DNA of 63,735 bases, counting the filler, from Collodictyon triciliatum (taxonomy: Eukaryota): NCBI GenBank assembly GCA_043381765.1. It is 11 parts of 11 records of this genome, joined end to end, with 100 filler letters (N's around TTAATTAATTAA, not from the genome) between each part and the next. Parts side by side here need not be neighbours in the genome. Positions count along the whole stretch, not along the records: positions 52,244 to 57,939 come from JBHJMP010005011.1; positions 58,040 to 63,735 come from JBHJMP010005012.1; 9 more parts are not named here. One strand, written 5' to 3'. Made by a program: the position numbers and the translations under genes. Positions 55,264 to 63,735 of the stretch are shown in pieces (position 1 is the first letter of the stretch; every line of letters begins with the position of its first letter). The notes beneath the pieces are model-generated. The model was not told where the DNA came from and did not search any database. It saw only the letters and a program-made list of their open reading frames with translations.

Positions 55264-57939
55264 ATGAAATTTCATTATCTAAATATTATAGGTATTTTCA
55301 TCTTGCTTCAGATTCTATCATGTATGGGTCAAGTGTCGTCTGTGTTCACTGCTGGAACAGGCCATACAGGAGCTGTTTGGGAAGGAAATATTTCATTTGA
55401 TGGAATCAATATTATATCATGCAGCGATGACAGAACAATCAAGATTTGGAGTTTTCAAGATGGAACTTTGATTCGAACATTGACTGGTCACACTAGTGGA
55501 GTCGCTAGTGTCATTATATCGCGTGACGGTTCCAAGGTTGTTTCAGGAAGTTTTGATAAAACAATAAAAATTTGGAATCGTAATGAAGGCACTTTATTGA
55601 TTACTTTAGTCGGACACACTGAGTATATTTGGAGCGTAGCAATTACTCTTGATGGCTCAAAAATTGTCTCTGGAAGCCAAGATACGACGATAAAAATTTG
55701 GAATCTTTCTGATGGAACTTTGATCCGCACTTTGATGGGACATTCTAGTACAGTTCGCAGGGTGGTTTTCACCCCAGATGATTTAAAAATCGTATCAGGA
55801 AGTTTTGATAAAACTATCAAAATATGGAATCTTTCTGACGGAGCTTTGATTCGCACATTGACTGATCATTCTAAATTTGTTTTTTGTGTAACTGTTTCTC
55901 CAGATGGTTCAAAAATTGTTTCTGGAAGCCAAGACAATTCAATTAAAATTTGGAATCTTTTAGATGGAACTTTGATCCGCACTTTGACTGGTCATACTAA
56001 TAATATTAACAGCGTTGTTGTTACACCTGATGGCTCAAAAATTGTTTCTGGGAGTTGGGATAACACCATAAAAATATGGAAACTTTCTGACGGAACTTTG
56101 ATTCGTACATTGACTGGACACCTATCTTACGTTTTAAGTGTTGCAGTTAATTATGATAGCTCGAATATTTTTTCTGTAGGTTCTGATAGAACCATTAAAG
56201 TTTGGAATATTTCTTTTGGAATTCTAATATACTCGAAAGGCTCGAGAGTGACCTCAATTGTGACATCTTCTGCCAAATCGATCTTTATTACAGGACATTC
56301 AGACAACATCATCAGAATTTGGAATCTGTCAAATGGAAATTTCATTAGTTCGATGGATGCTCATTCTGGTATTGTAAATACATTGTCACTAATCGCTGAT
56401 AACTCTAAAGTCATATCTGGAAGCTCAGATAAAACAATGAAGTTATGGAATGTCGATGATGGCTCTTTGATTCAATCATTTCAAGTCCATATAGATTCAG
56501 TGAACTGTGTCGCCATTACAAATGATGGAAACATAATTGTTTCTGGTAGCAGCGATAAAACCATCAAAATTACAAGGATATCTGACGGAAATATAATTCA
56601 CATATTAAATGGACACACTGAAATAATCACAAGTGTAGCTTTAACTCCTGATGGCTCAAAAATTGTTTCTGGAAGTTCTGACAAAACCGTCAAAGTCTGG
56701 AATTTTAATGACGGAACATTGGTACAAAATATAAAATTTCATGCTGATTCTGTTAATTGTGTTGCTGTAACGCCAGATGGAACGAAAATTGTTTCTGGAA
56801 GCAGCGATAGAACAATAAAAGTGACCAGCATTTTGGATGGAAGTTTGATTCGCTCTCTCAATGGACACACAGGAATAATCAAAAGTGTTTCGATTTCTCC
56901 AGACGGCTCCAAGATTATTTCTGGAAGCAGTGACAAAACCATCAGAATTTGGAGTCAATCAAGTGGAACGACTATAAATATCATCAATGAACATGCCGTT
57001 ACAATCACGGGAACATCAGTTCTCTCAGACGGCACAAAATTTCTCTCAGGAAGCGATGACACAACAATCAAGTTGTGGTATTTTCCTGATTTCAGCTTGA
57101 CTTTGACGGTTTCAGGCCACAGCGGCTCAGTCAATAGTGTTGCTTTAAGCCCCGACAAAACAAAAATTGTGTCAGGAGGTAGCGATAACACAATTAAAAT
57201 TTGGAATTATGCTGATGGTTCTCTAACGCTATCAATAAGTGCCCATTCAAATTCTGTCAATAGTATTATTGTTTCGGCTGATGGAACCAAAGTCGTGTCA
57301 GGAAGCAGTGATAGCACCGTAATAATGTGGAATTTTTCGGATGGTTTACTTTTGAAAACATTTAGAGGACATACCGCTGCTGTTCGAAGCGTTGCAATAT
57401 TACCAAATAATTCTGTGATTGTATCAGGAAGTGATGACATGACTATAAATATTTGGAGTGCTTCAGATGGAATTATAATTCGCACCTTATCTGGTCATAC
57501 GAAAGCAGTGAATTCTGTTTTTATTGCGCCTGATAATACCAGGATTATATCAGGCAGTGCTGATTTTTCCATAATAGTTTGGAATATGTCAGATGGAGCA
57601 TTAATAAGAACGATTACCGGCCACGGAAATGCTGTAAGATGCGTTCTTACATCTCTAGATGGGATGCGAATCATATCTGGAAGTAGTGATAACACAATCA
57701 AGATTTGGAATGTGTCAGATGGTATCTTGATTCGAACGCTCATTGGACACACAAGTTCAGTAAATAGCATTTCATTTTCACCTGATGGAACGAAATTGCA
57801 CTCTGGAAGCAGTGATAAATCAGTCAAAATATGGTCAATATCAGATGGACGAGAAATTCGAACGCTTTTAAGTCACACCAATTCAGTTAATAGTGTTTTT
57901 GCCACTCCAGATTCAAAAATAATTTCAGCAAGCACAGAC
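55264..57939 (+). CDS. Intronless WD40-repeat protein (~20 highly regular repeats) with N-terminal signal-peptide-like segment; 3'-truncated by contig end
   Basis: Repeated GH..V.SV..SPDGSKIVSGS.D.TIKIW; N-terminus MKFHYLNIIGIFILLQILSCMG. Confidence 0.93.
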
Positions 57940-58039
57940 NNNNNNNNNNNNNNNNNNNNNNNNNNNNNNNNNNNNNNNNNNNNTTAATTAATTAANNNNN
58001 NNNNNNNNNNNNNNNNNNNNNNNNNNNNNNNNNNNNNNN
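57940..58039. other. Artificial contig linker
   Basis: N44-TTAATTAATTAA-N44. Confidence 0.99.
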
Positions 58040-58370
58040 ACATAAAGAGTCGGGATAAAGCTGTATGTAAACCTCGGTAACGCTAAGCCTGTGCGATCAG
58101 GGTTATCCGTTTATTCAAGTTTCGTACCCTTTTTTTTCGTTCTTTTCAAGGCGGGCGGCTTCGGCAGCCGCTCGCCTCGCATGCGCGATCCTTTTTTTTG
58201 CAGCAGCCGGCCAGTCGCCAACCGGTCTCGAGTCTCGAGTCGAGTCGACCTGCAAATGTCGTCTGCAACACTCAGCTACTCGCACAAGCAACGCAACGCG
58301 GACTCGCGAGCACACCCGCACCCACGAGCACGCACACTCCTGCACGCACAAGACTCGAACGCCTGCAAAG

Positions 58371-59425
58371 GCACTCCACTATGCCGGAATACGACGAAGT
58401 CTGCTGCACCCACGAGCACCGCAAAGGCTCTCCACTATGCCGGAATACGACGAAGTCCGCTTCACACGCAAGCACCACAAAGGAACTCCACTATGCCGGA
58501 ATACACCGAAGTCCGCTTCACAAGACCTGCAAAAGCCACCCCACTATGCCGGAATACGACGAAGTCTGCTGCACCCACGAGCACCGCAAAGGCGCTCCAC
58601 TATGCCGGAATACGATGAAGTTTGCTTCACACACACAAGATCCACATGGCTCTTCACTATGCCGGAATACGACCAAGTCTGCTTCACAAGACCCTAAAGG
58701 CTCTCCGCTATGCCGGAATACGAAGAATGCTTCACACAAGACCCGCAAATGCTCTCCATGCCGAAATACGACGAAGTCTGCTTCACACACACGCAAAACC
58801 CGCAAAAGCTCCACTATGCTGGCATACGACCAAGTCTGCTTGACCTGCCAAGGCACTCCACTATGCCGGAATACGAAGAAGTCTGCTTCACACAAGACCC
58901 GCAAATGCTCTCCATGCCGAAATACGACGAAGTCTGCTTCACACGCAAGACATGTGCACTCCACTATGCCGGAATACGACCAAGTCTGCTTCACAAATCC
59001 CACAAAGGCACTCCGCTATGCCGGAATACGACCAAGTCTGCCTCACACACAAGACATGTGCACTCCACTATGCCGGAATACGACGAAATCTGCTTCACAC
59101 GCAAGACCCGCGAAGGCTGTGCGTTATGCCGGAATACGACGAAATCTGCTTCACACCAGACCCGCAAAGGCTCTCCACATAGCCGGAATACGACAAAGTC
59201 TGCTTCACACGCAAGAACCCGCAAAGGCACTCCACTATGACGGAATACGACAAAGTCTGCTGCACCCACACGTACACAAAGGAACTGCACTATGCCGGAA
59301 TACGACCAAGTCTGCTTGACCCGCAAAGGCTCTCCACATAGCTGGAATACGACGAAATCTGCTTCACACCAGACCCGCAAAGGCTCTCCACATAGCCGGA
59401 ATACGACGAAATCTGCTTCACACCA
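58371..59425. repeat. Minisatellite, ~20 units of ~45-58 nt with conserved core CACTATGCCGGAATACGACGAAGTCTGCTTCAC and variable linkers
   Basis: About 20 core copies counted by eye; linkers are related (..GACCCGCAAAGGCTCTC..). Confidence 0.92.
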
Positions 59426-60154
59426 GCACAAGGAAGAATACGAACTCGCTGCGGCAAAGATGAAAGGTTCACTCACTCATTATACAAGCCATGTAACACC
59501 CTCACAGCATGAAAAAAAAAGATAGAAATAAACATGGACATTAATGGCATGAAGAAGCAAATTTTCATCCAAAAAGGGAAAGAGGTAATTTACAATCCGT
59601 ACGATTATCACCATACATTTTTCAATCTGTGGAATTTACAGCATATACATATTTTGTGGTGCATGTCGAATACTGTGTCATTAATTTTTCCAAATTTTTG
59701 CAGCAGGAATACACGTTGTGCATCATTAGGAGATATCGTACCTGGAGCATTCGAGAATGTTCTGCCTTCCCAATCACCACACGAGCCACACACCGCACAC
59801 GAGCAACACACACCCCAATCCGCCCACTATATATTGAGATAGCCGCATATTTATTCGGATGGAAGATTCGCCGGCTTTTGTGGGATATTTAACCTTCGTC
59901 CCGTCGAAATCACTGCTGCCTTGCGCTCTTTCTTTCTCGCTACCTTATCGCACCACTCATTCGCAATGCGCGTTCTATTCTCTGTGTGCACAACCGCACT
60001 GCTCCCACCCAGCAACGTCAGTCTGTGTGACTTGTCAAGTGCATTCACAAAACAAAACAAATAAACACCGCAGTGCACTAACACACAACCCAGTCCACCC
60101 GCCCACACAGCCCCCAGAACCCACCCAAACCGCCCCCGCCCCACATCTGTTGGC

Positions 60155-62852
60155 ATGGCCGACCAGAATGCGCTTTTAGAAGAGGTCCTAAAAATCGCCG
60201 GATATTTTCGCGACCTCGCCTCTTTAAAAAGATCCAGGGGTCTACGGCTCCAATTCAAGAAACTGACATCTGTTCCGCGTGGCGTATTTTTGTTCACTGG
60301 TCTGGAAGGCTTGAGCCTTCAACGAAATAAGTTGTCATCGCTTCCTGCACAAATATCGTGTTTGACTGGTCTCACCCGTCTTGGTGTTAGTGGCAATCAG
60401 TTGTCATCGCTGCCTGCACAAATATCATGTTTGACTGGTCTCATTGAGTTTTATGCTGCATTGAACCCGGTATGTTTTTATTCATTTATTATTACTATTT
60501 TTGTTTATGTTGTAAAGATAAAGTCACTGACAACGAAACATGCAGATAGAGGAGCTTCCACCACAATTTACAGCGCTCACAAATCTGAAGGCGCTCTTCA
60601 TCGAGAACGGTGGAATAGTTAAAATAAAGAGAGCGCCGCGTGGCATCACAGCCCTTCCAGTGTGGAACAATACAGAGAAACTCGGAAAAATGACACTGAG
60701 CTTTGCCGACACCCTCCGAAAGCTGCAGCTCTACGACCCCGTAAGCACAGTAAATAAAATAATACCAAAAAAGTATCCTAAAACATAAAACAAAAACAGG
60801 AAGACGAAATTCTAAAGCCGGGATGGACACCAAGCGAGGCATATATCCACCCCCACTCACTGAATTTCACGGGAAGAAACATCTCTGTGCTTCCAGCCAA
60901 CATCTCCCTCCTGGTGAATCTGAGCTTCATCGACATCAGCCAAAACAAGGTGAGTGAATCAATCGCCGTAATGTGCATAAATCCCAATGATCGATAAACA
61001 GCAAGTCCACATGATTTGGTACTAATTAAATTTCTGCATGATGAACACGTGGCGATAATCGATACTTCAAACGATAGGTTAATTTTACTTCACTCATATA
61101 ATGGGCTATCCATTCTATTAGTAATTTGATTGTTATTAAACCCTCTTTAAATAATAAATAAATAGATATCCACACTGCCAGCAAACATATCGAACTTGAC
61201 GAATCTCACAAATCTCAGCATCAGCAACAACAAGGCATGAATACTTGAATAAAAAAGCATATAAATATACATCCCAGTCTATCATAAATGAGAGTGTTCT
61301 GACAAATACTTACACACCAAAGTTCGACGAATTGCCTGCAGCCATCTGCGCATTGACGCTCGTTGCATCACTCGATATATCCACCAACCAAGTGATTAAA
61401 CCCCTTTTAACGAGAGATTCCTATACTTTATTAGTACATTATATCAGTAATTTGATTCAAATTAAACCCTCTTTAATAAATTAATAATTAAATAGATATC
61501 AACAATGTCAGCAAACATATCAAACTTGACGAATCTCACAAATCTCAGCATTAGCAACAACAAGGTAGGCATATAAATGTACACAGACATAACCGAATAA
61601 TTTAAGAGATTGAATCATACACAAACTGGAAGGCCTTAGATTTGTTTGTGGATTCATGCACCAGCCGTCAATATTAAGGAACAAAACCTAACTTAAATTA
61701 ACAGATATCCACTTTGCCTGATTTGCGAGCGTTGACAAAGCTCAAGAAACTGGACACGAAGCAAAATGCTTTTCCATCGCACATCCAACAAATTTTAGAG
61801 TCAATCAATCTCACAAATAGCGATGGAATAAGTCTCTCTGGAAGAATTATTATTGAAATACCAAATGAGCTGTTCATGCTGCCCATTAACGGACTTGACA
61901 TCTCCAACAACCAGGTTTATAATGACTTTAATATGAATGGAACACCTGTAATTGTTAATCCATTCTATTAGTAATTTGATTGCAATTAAACCCTCTTTAA
62001 TAAATAAATAGATATCAACACTACCAGCAAACATATCGAACTTGACGAATCTCACAAATCTCAGCATCAGCAACAACAAGGCATGAATACTTGAATAAAA
62101 AAGCATATAAATATACATCCCAGTCTATCATAAATGAGAGTGTTCTGAAAAATACTTACACACCAAAGTTCGACGAATTGCCTGCAGCCATCTGCACATT
62201 GACGCTCGTTGCATCACTCGATATATCCACCAACCAAGTGATTAAACCCCTTTTAACGAGAGATTCCTATACTTTATTAGTACATTATATCAGTAATTTG
62301 ATTCAAATTAAACCCTCTTTAATAAATTAATAATTAAATAGATATCAACAATGTCAGCAAACATATCAAACTTGACGAATCTCACAAATCTCAGCATTAG
62401 CAACAACAAGGTAGGCATATAAATGTACACAGACATAACCGAATAATTTAAGAGATTGAATCATACACAAACTGGAAGGCCTTAGATTTGTTTGTGGATT
62501 CATGCACCAGCCGTCAATATTAAGGAACAAAACCTAACTTAAATTAACAGATATCCACTTTGCCTGATTTGCGAGCGTTGACAAAGCTCAAGAAACTGGA
62601 CACGAAGCAAAATGCTTTTCCATCGCACATCCAACAAATTTTAGAGTCAATCAATCTCACAAATAGCGATGGAATAAGTCTCTCTGGAAGAAATATTATT
62701 GAAATACCAAATGAACTGTTCATGCTGCCCATCAAACCCAACGAGCTTGACATCTCCAATAACCAGGTTTATAATGGCTCATATGTTAACAGAATACCTG
62801 AATTCGTGAATCCATTCTATTAGTAATTTGATTGCAATTAAACCCTCTTTAA

Positions 62853-62895
<43 letters not shown>

Positions 62896-63658
62896 ATAGA
62901 TATCCACACTGCCAGCAAACATATCGAACTTGACGAATCTCACAAATCTCAGCATCAGCAACAACAAGGCATGAATACTTGAATAAAAAAGCATATAAAT
63001 ATACATCCCAGTCTATCATAAATGAGAGTGTTCTGACAAATACTTACACACCAAAGTTCGACGAATTGCCTGCAGCCATCTGCACATTGACGCTCGTTGC
63101 ATCACTTGACATATCTACCAACCAGGCAACTTTTTCTGTTTCTTTTTCTTTAAAAGACCTTCCTATACTTCATAAATAAATTTTATGAATAATTTGATCG
63201 TAATTAAACCCTATTTATTTAATCGATAAATAGATATCCACACTGCCAGCAAACATATCGAACTTGACGAATCTCACAAATCTCAGCATCAGCGACAATA
63301 AAGTACACACATTCATATATATTGAATATATTCAAAAAACAAAATTCAAACAGCCTATCATACATTCTACTTAATAAATTAACTGAAAAATACGCGGGTA
63401 TTTCAGTTCGACGCATTCCCCACAGTCATCTATACAATAACACTTATCGTGACCCTCAATATTTCTGGAAATCAGGTTATAAAATTACACAACATACATT
63501 TGCATAAAAAAAAACTTATGAATAAACAACCATAGTGCAAAATATAGTAATCAAATACCCACTTAAACTCACCTACCGTGCAAATTCAGATTTCACACAT
63601 CCCAGATGTCATAGCAAACCTCGTAAATCTCCAAAAACTGGACATATCCAACAACAAG
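60155..63658 (+). CDS. Leucine-rich-repeat protein (3'-partial), >=15 phase-0 exons, most encoding exactly one 23-aa LRR
   Basis: Exons: 60155-60469, 60546-60740, 60800-60949, 61166-61234, 61323-61391, 61496-61564, 61705-61914, 62012-62080, 62169-62237, 62342-62410, 62551-62766, 62900-62968, 63057-63125, 63234-63302, 63590-63658; e.g. ISTLPANISNLTNLTNLSISNNK. Confidence 0.88.
61100..63130 (+). repeat. ~846-bp tandem duplication (about 2.4 copies) of a four-exon LRR block including introns
   Basis: Near-identical sequence at offset 846 (61166 vs 62012); third partial copy from 62900. Confidence 0.92.
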
Positions 63659-63735
63659 GTCATTTCTCTTCCATTTTCCTGTTTTTTTTTATTATTATTT
63701 TTTTTCCATTTTTTGATTCAGTTTTATGGCCGTAT

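Noticed and set aside
58371-59425. CRISPR array
   Set aside because: Linkers are homologous to one another and short, repeats are degenerate throughout, there are no cas genes, and the context is eukaryotic.
58091-59525. Long overlapping ORFs (e.g. 373 aa at 58198-59319)
   Set aside because: By-product of a stop-poor repeat; the peptide register changes between units, so there is no frame conservation.

Overview
This is not one locus. It is 11 unrelated ~5.7-kb contigs from an intron-rich, AT- and microsatellite-rich eukaryote (protist-like, mitochondriate), joined by artificial 100-nt N44-TTAATTAATTAA-N44 linkers. Gene models were spliced by eye using GT/GC-AG boundaries, and family calls rest on motif recognition, not database searches. 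Genes found: an Rdx/SelW-like CxxC protein, a Bfr1-like coiled-coil protein, a RING/B-box/coiled-coil (TRIM-like) protein ending in a UBA domain, the 3' end of alanine aminotransferase, ATP10, a rhomboid protease, a pre-SET/SET methyltransferase, a CHD-type helicase fragment running into RGP1, TBC1D23, an AIFM2/AMID-like oxidoreductase, a BRO1-domain protein, a tandem glucodextranase-C/DOMON-like protein, an intronless signal-peptide WD40 protein and an exon-cassette LRR gene. There is also L1/Tx1-like LINE debris. The standout is in the TRIM-like gene. What looks like a ~183-bp satellite (7.6-10.7 kb) parses as a chain of paralogous introns separated by 16 single-codon (3-nt) microexons (AG|NNN|GT), which would build the linker to the UBA domain one amino acid per exon. 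Other notable items: six TSD-flanked 20-60-nt LINE 3'-end stubs, phase-0 69-nt LRR exon cassettes with GC donors, and a CRISPR-looking (but non-CRISPR) repeat array upstream of the LRR gene.
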